Position numbers and translations under genes: made by a program. The notes under the pieces were generated by a model, which was not told where the DNA came from, did no database searches, and saw nothing but the letters and a program-made list of their open reading frames with translations. This document shows positions 50,101-61,855 of a stretch of 64,000 nt of DNA, in pieces (position 1 is the first letter of the stretch; every line of letters begins with the position of its first letter). The DNA is from Tubulanus polymorphus (Eukaryota; Animalia; Nemertea): contig NC_134029.1 of assembly GCF_964204645.1 (NCBI RefSeq), positions 16,300,950 to 16,364,949 on the forward strand, in the 5' to 3' direction.

Positions 50101-52286
50101 CTTGACCGCGCGATGCGGTAAATAATGACCTATGTTTCGGTCATCATCTGTGACTTCTTCGATGAAGTCTCGCGATAATTGATCCATGATAATGTTGTGG
50201 TAAACATTTCGAATTTGCGGCGATAGCCGACGAATCATCGATTGTGTTATGTTTCGAGTAACATAGTAATTTGTCGGAAGGGGGGCGTGTCCACTCTTCC
50301 ACGGCAACTTCGCAGTATACCGTCCCGTGTCGGATGTCGTCAGGCTTGATTGACAGTAGTCGAGTAGATTGAATTCTTTTGAAGCCGCATCTGTTGCATC
50401 AGTTACGCCTATGGTTTCGAGATCCCAGAATTTTTGGAGGTTGACTTCCTCCGAACGATGTGACGTAACATCCACGTTGTAAACTCGTGCAGTATTTATT
50501 GGATCGCAATCACTAAGCGGTCCAGAGAGAAGATACCCTAATTTCGAAGATACTGCCGTGGGTCCATTTCCGCGGATTGTGTGATTACCGACCACTGACC
50601 AATAGAAATCGGCACCGATTAAAATGTCGATTTCGAAGTGTGATTCGGTAGAAAACGGATGCGCTAATTTCAAACCTTTCAGATACGGTAAATCTTTGAT
50701 AGATCTGCCGGTTTGGTTTCGCATTGTCGACGCAATTTGTGGAACAATTAACGCCGTTATCGGTATGTCGGTTTCATCAGAACATAGTGTAAAGTTCGCA
50801 ACAATCAGTGACCGCGCACTTGATTGTTTCGCGCCAAATGTGTTGATCGATATAGTTTCGGTTTCTTCACTGTTTATATATAATCTTTCGGCTGTTCTTT
50901 GAGTAATAAAACTCCGCTGAGCGCCCTCGTCGAACAAGATGTTTACGTTAGTCGTTACGCCTTCGCGACTTTTTGCGTTCGCGATAGCTGTTTTTAATAA
51001 AACTGTTCCATCGGCGGCGCCCAGATACTGATGTCAATCCCTGTCAGCTTTCTCATCGGTTGATTTTGCGGCCACAGGTGTGGTTGATTTTGCATCTAAA
51101 TGAACTGATGTGTGATGCTTTTTACCGCAGTTTGTAACTCTGCATCTGTTTTTCGATAAGCATTTCGTCGATTTGTGACCGCTCGAGAGACAATTAAAGC
51201 ATAAATTATCCCTAGCAACAATTTCTCTGCGTTTTTCAGCATCTGGAAACGTTTTACAGTCCACCGCAACGTGATTGATCTTTTTGCAGAACGCACATTT
51301 TCGATCGTTTTCCCGTGAAAAATTATGTCTGTTTTTCGCCGTAACTGCGAACGCTCCCACGGTCGGCGAATTGGCGGGAAAATCATCCTCTATCGTAAGG
51401 CTTGCGATACTAGCCTCGAAGGCCTCAATTTCTTTAAGGAGTGACTTTCTTAGATCAGTCAGGCTCCAGGCATTGTTACCGTGGTCTCTGGTAATCTGTT
51501 GTTTAGTTCCGCTCGGTAGTTTTTCCATTATGATGGGTACTAACAGATCTCCGTACGATTCTTCGGATTTTCCGAGTGAATTTAATCCACGAATATAAGA
51601 TTCCAGAGAGTCATAGAAATTCCGTAGTGAGTTGTCGCGATCACTCGGTGGTGAAAGCTCCCACAACGCTTTCATGTATGCGGCCACAATTTTGTGTGGT
51701 GTCCCGTACCGGTTTAACAAAAGTTCCAAAGCTTGTTTATAATTTTCGTTTGTTAAACTCAGGCTTTCAATCATTTTGCAGCGTCGCCCTTTAGCTGTGC
51801 GGACAGATATTGGAACTTTTGGATATTCGTTAAGTTCTCATCACTATCAACTGCCGAGAAAAACCCATCGAAGAACGTTTGCCATTTCAGAATATCGCCA
51901 TCGAATGTTGGCAAAGATAACTTCGGCAACTGGATCGGTCTTTTCGTAGTTTTTTGTTGCTCGGATTTCATGCGCGTTGTCGGTTCGATTTGATTCTTGT
52001 TCCGTTCGAGGTATCCGATGAAGGTTGATAGTTCGATGTTTATTTCGTTCATATAATCATCGGTTTCACATACGAGGTCTTCGAGTTTCCCTAACTCTGC
52101 GTTCGCAATCAGTTCCGAATCATATCCTGCGATAACTTCCAATTTTGTACGTATTCTAGTTATGACGCCAGACAATTTGTCTAGGCTTTCGTCACTTTCC
52201 GAATGAAGTAAATCCCTCGCCTGATCAAAAAGTTTCGTCATCTGTCGAATTTGCGCATTTCGCATTATCTCTTCTTTCGACGGCAT
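47116..52286 (-). pseudogene. BEL/Pao gag-pol polyprotein, disrupted
   Basis: LPKLSLPTFDG, triple Cys-His knuckles, protease LFDEGAQRSF, RT YLPHRAV..ADIEKAFLQV..YVDN, IPQLELMAA, DSQIVL, NPAD, integrase CGLDFTG..SDNQSTF..GGFYER. Frameshift near 51775, TGA at 51034 and 48097, RNase H DAS segment deleted. Confidence 0.95.
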
Positions 52287-52320
52287 CTTGGCTGAGTTTC
52301 CGAATTTACTGCTTGTATAT

Positions 52321-52336
52321 CCTGGTCACGGCACCA
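52321..52336 (-). promoter_or_regulatory. Primer binding site, likely tRNA-His
   Basis: The minus strand reads TGGTGCCGTGACCAGG just inside the 5' LTR, complementary to the ..GUCACGGCACCA 3' end of tRNA-His. Confidence 0.8.
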
Positions 52337-54564
52337 AAATGTGGGCTATGATTGCCACATTAAATGGTCCAGGTTTGAGTAAAATAAGCAAGACGCCGGA
52401 GAGGTGAACAACGACCAATATGTTTGGTGTCTAAGTAAACTCTGATTTATTTATCTACTCGCTACAGCATAAGTTCTTGCGGGGCTTACATAGGCGGGGT
52501 TACATGAACTGAGGGGAGTGCGTTACTGGTAACTGACATATAACAATTCCCGACACCCTTATCAGCCACCATACTAAAGCCTTAAGGTCGCGTAAAACTC
52601 GATAAACACTTCAAGCGACACAGCGAACGATCTCCTTTCCCCTACAGCGAACGCTTAACCTAGTAGAGGCTACTAGCCTATGTAGGCCTATGTATATGCG
52701 TAGGCCTAACATCCGGACAGATTGGTCGTAGGCCTATTGAATTTAACAACCCACCTAAATATCGTAAATTTTGTTTTGAAGTTCAATCCAATGAGTCCGT
52801 TAATAAACGCAACAATTGTACTGCGTTTGTTTGATACAGTAAAGCTCAGTACCGGTAGGCCTAAAGCCGCGTCAAACTCGATAAACACTTCAAGCGACAC
52901 AGCGAACGATCCCTTTCCCCCACAGCGAACGCTTACTCCGAATGTCAAGTGAGTCCAGCATACGGATAGGAGTGTGTTTTAAACTTGTATTTAGTAAATA
53001 ACTTGTGCATTTGACAATGATCGGTATGTACTGTAGGAAATATAGAGTATTGATGGTATTGATATAGAGGTTGAAGCCCGCGGCCGAATAAAGTAATATA
53101 TTCTTTTATTTTGATACCTCGTCGACATAACAGCTTTTCTCCGCTATATCTCTTCGGCGTGTTTAGTTTAGGCCTACGATTCCCCGGTACACTAAAGATT
53201 TATCTTAGTAATTACACGGTTAATTCGGTGAAGAAAAATAGGTATTGTTATACTAACTCCTTGAAACCCGCAGCCAAATCACTGGTAGTAATAAATTAAT
53301 TTGTACTCGATTTGATTCTCATGATGAGGAGAAACTCGCAGCTGATCCCCGGAACGACGATGTAGTAACACACGTCGATTCGTCGATGTTTACGGCTCGA
53401 CAGTGCTTTTAAAATCTAAAGTAGTAAATTTCCAGTGTATCGGTAATATGATTTGATGAGGAAAATGGGCTATTGTTAAAATCACTGTTTGAAGACCGCG
53501 ACTGAATTTGAAGTCTGCGGCAATAAATTAGTTCATTTATACTTGAATTGATAATCGAAGTGACAGTCGGCCTGCGGGTTGATTTCGGGATGACGACTCG
53601 AAAAACATGTCGCCCCATTGAATGGGGCTAAATTTTCGATGTTTACGGCCGACAGCGCTTTTGTAACGATGATTCGTGAAAAAACACGCGGGCTATTTGT
53701 AGATCTCAGTGAGCTGAACGATATTATATGGATTGTATATGAAACAGTGGTAAGGTAACAAAGCCTATGTTCTTTTGGTAAAAATAGTGTGGAAGAAAAT
53801 AATAATAATAATAATCACGCGGATATCAATAGGGTTTTCTGTGAAATAACAGAAAACCCTAATAATAATCACGCGGATATCAATAGGGTTTTCTGTGAAA
53901 TAACAGAAAACCCTAATAAATATAGCTGCAAAGCAGCAATAACGGGTTTTCTGCCCAGTCTTAGAATCCTGTTCAACGGTGGATTTCAACAAAATATTTG
54001 ATAAGGCTAAACATCAGCCATTACTAAACAGGCTATTAGGAAACAGTATCAATGATAGGTCGCCCAAATGGCTCAGCAGTTATCTCTGAACGGAAACTTG
54101 TAACCGAAATCAACGGAACGCCTCATCTTGGAATGAGACGGTTTAACTAGTGGAGTCACACAAGGTAGTATCCTAAGTCGTCTTCTGTTTAATGTCCTGA
54201 CAAATGACATACACAGTAATCCAAAATATACCAGACCGAGTAAAGTTCCAAAACGACCTTAACACACTGTTCGACCAAAAAACTTAATGTTCCGACAAAA
54301 CCTCGGGGACAAAACCAAAATTATGAATTGTCGCGGGTGACAAAGCCAAAATATTGAATTGTCACGGGCGACAAAAACAAAATAATGAATTGTCGCGGGC
54401 GATAAAACCACAATAATGAATTGTCGCGGGCGTTAAAACCAAAATATTGAATTGTCGCGGCGATAAAACCAAAATAATGAATTGTCGCGGACGACAAAAA
54501 CAAAATATTGAATTGTTGCGTGCGACAAAACCAGAATAATGAATTGTCGCTGGTGACAAAACCA

Positions 54565-55679
54565 AACTAGGGGTCCAGGGACACCATGCTCACTTGGGAA
54601 GTGGTTTCAAATGCTCAACAATCTAACAATTTCAAAACACAACGCCCTCTAGTGACCATATACAAAAACCAATGACCTTGAAACCCACCACAATCATAGA
54701 ACACGTGAGCAGCTATGATTTTGTAATTGATTATGATAACAAAATATGCCTCGTTACCAATTTAATATGGAAATACTAAGTTATTCTACTATTCAACGCC
54801 CCTGGTGACCATATGCAAAACCCAATGACCTTAAAACTCACCACAATCGTAGTACATGTCATGAAATACAATTTTGCAATTGATCATAGTAACAAAATAT
54901 GCCTTGGTACAAATATAATATAGCAATACTAAGTTATTGTATTATTCAACGCCCCCTGATGGCCACATACCAATAAAACCAATGACCTTGAAACTCACCA
55001 AAATCATAGAACACGTTATTGGCTACAACTTTCCAATTGAATGTAGTAACACAATATGCTTAGGTATCAATTTAATGTGGAAAAACTTTTTCCCACCTAC
55101 GAATGAGTACTGATGACACCAAAATGGCCGCCAATTGCGTCATAATTGGCTGATCAAAAATACCAGTCCCAGGTATAAAACATCCCTCTCTAAAGAATAC
55201 CCATCAGCAGTTGCAATGAGAAATGGCAAACCAGTAGGAAGCTACAGGACCTAGAATTCTGGCCAAAATTGACATTTTTGGGCACTAAAAAGGTCATAGG
55301 ACGGCCATCTTGAGTCAGATCGACCCAATTTTCTTATGCTGATGGGCCTTTGGTAGATTCAAATATAAACGAAAGATCAAGGTAATTGATCAAAGCGTCT
55401 TCAAAATTTCCCCATGAAAACTTCGAAAATGTTTAAAAAGTGCTGATTTTGGCAAACAAGAATGGCTGCCAGTCGGCCATCTTGAATCTGACAGGGCCAG
55501 TTTTTGGGCTGACGATGTGTCTAGGGTAGATACATGTATAAACCAAATATCATTACCTTGAAACGTCTTCAAAACTTCCAAAAATAACTGGATTCCGTCT
55601 ATGGACGGACGGACGGACGAACGGACGAAAAGTGAACACAATAGCCCGCTGGGACTAAAGTCCCAAGTGGACTGAAAAA
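54565..55679 (-). mobile_element. HINE family B long form, three internal units
   Basis: Same termini and insertion point as the other two long forms. Confidence 0.8.
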
Positions 55680-58600
55680 GAATTGTCGCGGGCGACAAAA
55701 CCAAACTAATGAATTTTTGCGGGTGATAAAACAAAAATATTGAATTGTCGCGGGCGACAAAACCAAACTAATGAATCGTCGCGGGCGATAAAACCAAACT
55801 AATGAATTGTCGCGGGTGATAAAACCAAAATATTGAATTTTCGCGGGCGACAAAACCAAAATAATGAATCGTCGCGGGCGACAAAACCAAACTAATGAAT
55901 CGTCGCGGGCGACAAAACCAAACTAATGAATCGTCGCGGGCGACAAAACCAAACTAATGAATCGTCGCGGGCGATAAAACCAAACTAATGGATTGTCGCG
56001 GGTGATAAAACCAAAATATTGAATTGTCGCGGGCGACAAAACCAAACTAATGAATTGTCGCGGGCGATAAAACCAAACTAATGAATTGTCGCGGGCGATA
56101 AAACAAAAATATTGAATTGTCGCGGGCGATAAAACCAAAATAATGAATTGTCTCGGGCGATAAAACCAAAATATTGAATTGTCGCGGGTGATAAAACCAA
56201 AATAATGAATTATCTCGGGCGATAAAACCAAAATAATGAATTGTCGCTGGCGACAAAACCAAAATATTGAATTGTCGCGGGCGACAAAACCAAAAAAAAA
56301 ATTGTCGCGGGCGACAAAAACAAAGTATAAAACCAAAATAATGAATTGTTGCAGGCGTCAAAACCAAAAACAAGAATTGTCGCGGGCGACAAAACCAAAA
56401 TAATGAATTGTCGCTGGGGATAAAACCAAAGTAATGACTTGTCGTGGGCGATAAAACCAAAATATTGAATTGTCACGGGCGACAAAACCAAACTAATGAA
56501 TTGTCGCGGGCGACAAAACCAAAATATTGAATTGTCCAGGCGACAAAACCAAAATGGTGAATTGTCACGGGCGACAAAATCAAAATAATGAATTGTCGCG
56601 GGCGATAAAACCAAAATGGTGAATTGTCCCGGGCGACAAAATCAAAATAATGAATTGTCGCGGGCGATAAAAACAAAATAATGAATTGTCGCGGGCGGTA
56701 AAACTAAAATAATGAATTGTCTCGGGCGACAAAACCAAAATAATGAATTGTCGCGGGCGATAAAACCAAAATAATGAATTGTCGCGGGCGATAAAACCGA
56801 AATAATGAATTATCGCGGGCGATAAAACCGAAATAATGAATTGTCGCGGGCGACAAAACCGAAATATTGAATTGTCGCGGGCGACAAAACCGAAATATTG
56901 AATTGTCGCGGGCGACAAAACCAAAATATTGAATTGTCGCGGGCCACAAAACAAAACTAATGAATTGTCGCGGGCGATAAAACCAAACTAATGAATTGTC
57001 GCGGGTGATAAAACCAAAATATTGAATCGTCGCGGGCGACAAAACCAAACTAATGAATCGTCGCGGGCGACAAAACCAAACTAATGAATCGTCGCGGGCG
57101 ATAAAACCAAACTCATGAATTGTCGCGGGTGATAAAACCAAAATATTGAATTGTCGCGGGCGACAAAACCAAAATATTGAATTGTCGCGGGCCACAAAAC
57201 AAAACTAATGAATTGTCGCGGGCGATAAAACCAAACTAATGAATTGTCGCGGGTGATAAAACCAAAATATTGAATCGTCGCGGGCGACAAAACCAAACTA
57301 ATGAATCGTCGCGGGCGACAAAACCAAACTAATGAATCGTCGCGGGCGATAAAACCAAACTAGTGAATTGTCGCGGGTGATAAAACCAAAATATTGAATC
57401 GTCGCGGGCGACAAAACCAAACTAATGAATCGTCGCGGGCGACAAAACCAAACTAATGAATCGTCGCGGGCGATAAAACCAAACTAATGAATTGTCGCGG
57501 GTGATAAAACCAAACTAATGAATTGTCGCGGGCAATAAAACCAAACTAATGAATTGTCGCGGGCGATAAAACGAAAATATTGAATTGTCGCGGGCGATAA
57601 AACCAAAATAATGAATTGTCGCGGGTGATAAAACCAAAATAATGAATTATCTCGGGTGATAAAACCAAAATATTGAATTGTCGCGGGCGACAAAACCAAA
57701 AAAAGAATTGTCGGGGCGACAAAACCATAATAATGAATTGTCGCGGGCGACAAAACCAAACTAATGAATTGTCGCGGGCGATAAAACCAAACTAATGAAT
57801 TGTCGCGGGCGATAAAACGAAAATATTGAATTGTCGCGGGCGATAAAACCAAAATAATGAATTGTCGCGGGCGACAAAACCAAAATGGTGAATTGTCCAG
57901 GCGACAAAACCAAAATGGTGAATTGTCACGGGCGACAAAATCAAAATAATGAATTGTCGCGGGCGATAAAACCAAAATGGTGAATTGTCCCGGGCGACAA
58001 AATCAAAATAATGAATTGTCGCGGGCGATAAAAACAAAATAATGAATTGTCGCGGGCGATAAAACTAAAATAATGAATTGTCTCGGGTGACAAAACCAAA
58101 ATAATGAATTGTCGCGGGCGATAAAACCAAAATAATGAATTGTCGCGGGCGATAAAACCGAAATAATGAATTATCGCGGGCGATAAAACCGAAATAATGA
58201 ATTGTCGCGGGCGACAAAACCGAAATATTGAATTGTCGCGGGCGACAAAACCAAAATATTGAATTGTCGCGGGCGACAAAACCAAAATATTGAATTGTCG
58301 CGGGCCACAAAACAAAACTAATGAATTGTCGCGGGCGATAAAACCAAACTAATGAATTGTCGCGGGTGATAAAACCAAAATATTGAATCGTCGCGGGCGA
58401 CAAAACCAAACTAATGAATCGTCGCGGGCGACAAAACCAAACTAATGAATCGTCGCGGGCGATAAAACCAAACTAATGAATTGTCGCGGGTGATAAAACC
58501 AAAATATTGAATTGTCGCGGGCGACAAAACCAAAAAAAGAATTGTCGGGGCGACAAAACCAAAATAATGAATTGTCGCGGGCGACAAAACCAAACTAATG

Positions 58601-59197
58601 AATTGTCGCGGGCGATAAAACGAAAATATTGAATTGTCGCGGGCGATAAAACCAAAATAATGAATTGTCGCGGGTGATAAAACCAAAATAATGAATTATC
58701 TCGGGCGATAAAACCAAAATATTGAATTGTCGCGGGCGATAAAACCAAAATAATGAATTGTCGCGGGCGACAAAACCAAAATATTGAATTGTCGCGGGCG
58801 ACAAAACCAAAAAAAAAATTGTCGCGGGCGACAAAAACAAAGTATAAAACCAAAATAATGAATCGTCGCAGGCGTCAAAACCAAAAACAAGAATTGTCGC
58901 GGGCGACAAAACCAAAATAATGAATTGTCGCTGGAGATAAAACCAAAGTAATGACTTGTCGTTGGCGATAAAACCAAAATATTGAATTGTCACGGGCGAC
59001 AAAACCAAACTAATGAATTGTCGCGGGTGACAAAACCAAAATATTGAATTGTCGCGGGCGACAAAACCAAACTAATGAATTGTCGCGGGCGACAAAACCA
59101 AAAAAGAATTGTTGGGGCGACAAAACCAAAATAATGAATTGTCGCGGGCGACAAAACCAAAATGGTGAATTGTCCAGGCGACAAAACCAAAATGGTG
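55680..59197 (+). repeat. 31-bp satellite array (also 54295-54565)
   Basis: Same unit; higher-order duplication with a 1361-bp offset (56580 vs 57941). Confidence 0.97.
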
Positions 59198-59206
59198 TTG
59201 TTCAGA

Positions 59207-59488
59207 TTGGGTTGTTCAGATGAATTTTTCATATCATGGATAATATATCAATTCGACGATAAAATGAATATAGATAATTATGGTGAATACTTTCATATTG
59301 ATCATATGTTGCCGATTTCTAAATTTGATATGATTGATGATTATAATAAGAAGCTAATATGGAGCTGGAGAAATTTAAGGCCTTTAGAAAAGAAGGAAAA
59401 CATAATTAAATCTAACAAACTAGATATGAAATTATATTTAGATCAACTGGATAAAGCAAAGACATTTGTTGAATTAATTATGGAATAG
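59207..59488 (+). pseudogene. HNH endonuclease C-terminal fragment
   Basis: LGCSDEF..NYGEYFHIDHMLP..F..WRNLRPLEKKENIIKSNK. 5' part lost at the satellite junction. Confidence 0.8.
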
Positions 59489-59901
59489 TATTTCACAGAA
59501 TCAACCGCATTCTGAGGTTTTAATCAGTGGTTAGAAAGCTGGCAATTCTATTTGAGCTTTGTATGTATATAATACATAGCTTTTGCTTACTACTAAAACA
59601 TATGTTGCCAAATATATCTTGTTTTCAATTCTAAAGGATTAATCAATTACATCACAAAGGAACATCTGTTACAATCCAGGCAAACATGCAGAAGTAATTA
59701 GTTTGGTTGAACGTGCGCCACGTCGGCAGTTAGAAATCAACATTCACATACATAGTACGTATTGGATATTCTCTCTCAAAACACAGTTTACAGTTCTAAA
59801 TCTAAATGTAAGTACCGTTTTTTGTAGTTATTATGAAGTAGGGAAACCTTTAAACATATTTAAGTACAGTAATTCATTTTCACGATATCTTTTAGATTAA
59901 A

Positions 59902-60174
59902 ATGGAACACAAAGATCAACCAGAAATTCTAAGCCAACCAACGGATGAGGAACGATTGCTACTGGATAGTGAAACTCAGGAATCAATAGAAATGGAGGAT
60001 GAAACTCTCGTAATTGACGAACAAACTTCACAAAAATTACAAGAACATTTGGACTATCATCAAGAAATGGTGAAAATTCTGAGTGATGTAATACATAATA
60101 AACAATTACCGCGCGAACTACAATTACCAAAATTACCAGCAACGCGACTTAAATTGCTGTTGGGACTCAAATAA
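59902..60174 (+). CDS. Hypothetical acidic protein (90 aa)
   Basis: TAAAATG start and coding-like composition. Followed by a 59-aa ORF at 60190-60369. Confidence 0.4.
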   Translation: MEHKDQPEILSQPTDEERLLLDSETQESIEMEDETLVIDEQTSQKLQEHLDYHQEMVKILSDVIHNKQLPRELQLPKLPATRLKLLLGLK

Positions 60175-60447
60175 TCGAGAACTAAGAAAATGAGTGGAGA
60201 TATCAGTGCCGGTTTTGAAAGAAAACTGAGAAGAGTAGGTAGATTAATAAAATATGAAAAATTCAAAATATTAGGATTAGCATTTAGTGAAGTAGTCAGA
60301 TATTTACCAGAAATTGAAGAAATGATTGGAAACAATCCAGTAATTAAAGAATTCTGGACAAAATTATAAATTATAACACTGAAGGTCTTTGTAATATAGA
60401 TATCAAAAATGTAATCTCGATTGTATATATCTGTTTTAATATTGTAT

Positions 60448-60641
60448 TGTTTACTGTTAACTAAATATTGCGCAATAACCGGTCCGATTGAACCGCTTTT
60501 CTATTGTTCTCCATTGTTCTATTATTGATCGTTGTTAATGGCGGCGGTTGTTCTGTATTGATTGTTTACTGTTAACTAAGTATTGCGCAATAACCGGTCC
60601 GATTGGACCGCTTTTCTATTGTTCTCCATTGTTCTATTATC
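60448..60641 (+). repeat. Two ~80-bp direct repeats, ~114 bp apart
   Basis: TTGTTTACTGTTAACTAA(A/G)TATTGCGCAATAACCGGTCCGATTG(A/G)ACCGCTTTTCTATTGTTCTCC; contains the palindrome TATTGCGCAATA. Confidence 0.85.
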
Positions 60642-60843
60642 GATCGCTAAAATTTACATAATAAATATATGTGTTTATGAAATAGTAATTCCACCAGTCG
60701 TTTCTTTGAATTTATTTTCAGTTTGAGGATTTATTATCGAGGATCCGAAGTGACTTATCTGGACAGTTATAATTACTGCTCCTAATAGATAGACAATAGT
60801 AGTGAGATATTAAATCCTAATTTAAATAAAAAGTATATTTTAA

Positions 60844-61630
60844 ATGGAGGAACAATCACAAGCTATAAATATAAACAATAATAATGGTGTTGTAAATATA
60901 TATCAGAAGACATGTTGCAAATGTAAAAAAAGTAAACCATTTACAGAATATTATAATAATAAAACTAAGAAAGATGGTAAACAAACATATTGCAAAAGCT
61001 GTACTAAACTATATAGTAAAGAATTTCTTGAAAATAATCCAAATTATTCAACAGAATATTATATGGATAATATTGAAAAATTCAAGGAGAAAAAGGAGAA
61101 ATAAAAGGAGAGAAAATCATCGAGATTATAAAACAGAATATATGAGAGAATGGAGGGATAATAATCGTGAACATTATAAAGAATATATGAATAATTATCA
61201 GAAAGAAAGGCGCCAAACAGATTTTAATTTTAAATTGAAAAAATATCTAAGTTCTAGATTATCAAATTTATTCAGTAAAGATAGACACTCATACACGCTA
61301 TCTAATTTGTTAGGTTGTACAGATGAATTCTTAAAATCATGGATAATATATCAGTTTAACGATGAAATGAATATAAATAATTATGGCGAATATTTTCAAA
61401 TAGACCATGTTTTACCAGTTTCGAAATTTAACATGAATGATGAATACAATCAGAAGTTAATATGGAATTGAAAGAATCTAAGACCTCTTGAAAAGAAAGA
61501 AAATAAAATAAAATTTAATAAACTAGATTTACAGTTATATTTGAATCAACTGGATAAAGCAAAAAAATTTATTGAATTATGGAATTCAACACATAATGAA
61601 CAATACGTTGAGTCTTTAATGAGTGGTTGA
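60844..61630 (+). pseudogene. Zn-finger + HNH endonuclease (large DNA virus type), frameshift and stop
   Basis: CCKCKKSKPFTEYY..DGKQTYCKSC, Y/R/E-rich helix, LLGCT, FQIDHVLP, then TGA (W) at 61469, then KNLRPLEKKEN..NK to 61630. Confidence 0.8.
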
Positions 61631-61855
61631 AGAATAATAGAATTTAAATAAAATATAATAAAAATTACATACCTTCAACTATCTATTATTTCTATTATAT
61701 TTTTAATATTTTCTTTTCAAAAAAGAATACTTTATATCACAAATAAAAAATACTTAAAAAACAATAACTAATACTAGAATTCTTTAACTTTAACTATCTA
61801 GTATCATTTGAAGAATACTTATAATATTTTTTTTTGCTTTTTTCCTCTAATATAA

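Larger units (their letters stand above)
46635..52555 (-). mobile_element. BEL/Pao LTR retrotransposon, full length
   Basis: LTRs at 52340-52555 and 46635-46851 (TG..CA; I see one indel and one substitution). 5-bp TSD CCCTT at 46630-46634 and 52556-52560. PBS and purine-rich tract present; gag-pro-RT-RH-IN order. Confidence 0.97.
43471..53862 (-). mobile_element. HINE composite unit D (complete, contains the BEL retrotransposon)
   Basis: 3' terminus at 43471; 5' hairpin head TAGGGTTTTCTGT..ACAGAAAACCCTA at about 53812-53862. Confidence 0.75.
53919..59197 (-). mobile_element. HINE composite unit E, truncated within its satellite array
   Basis: 3' terminus at 53919, then RT fragment, family B insert and satellite. 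Ends abruptly at 59197. Confidence 0.72.

Noticed and set aside
47408-51794. Plus-strand ORFs inside the BEL element
   Set aside because: Antisense shadows of gag-pol.
32045-59197. CRISPR array (31-bp palindromic repeats)
   Set aside because: Units are head-to-tail with no unique spacers, there are no cas genes, and the context is eukaryotic.
59162-59206. Start of ORF 59162-59488
   Set aside because: The ATG comes from satellite sequence and junction filler, not from the HNH gene.
31926-59232. Dozens of long minus-strand ORFs (VLSPATIHYFGFIARDNS..., up to 573 aa)
   Set aside because: Artefacts of a 31-bp repeat that is stop-poor on one strand and cycles through all three frames.
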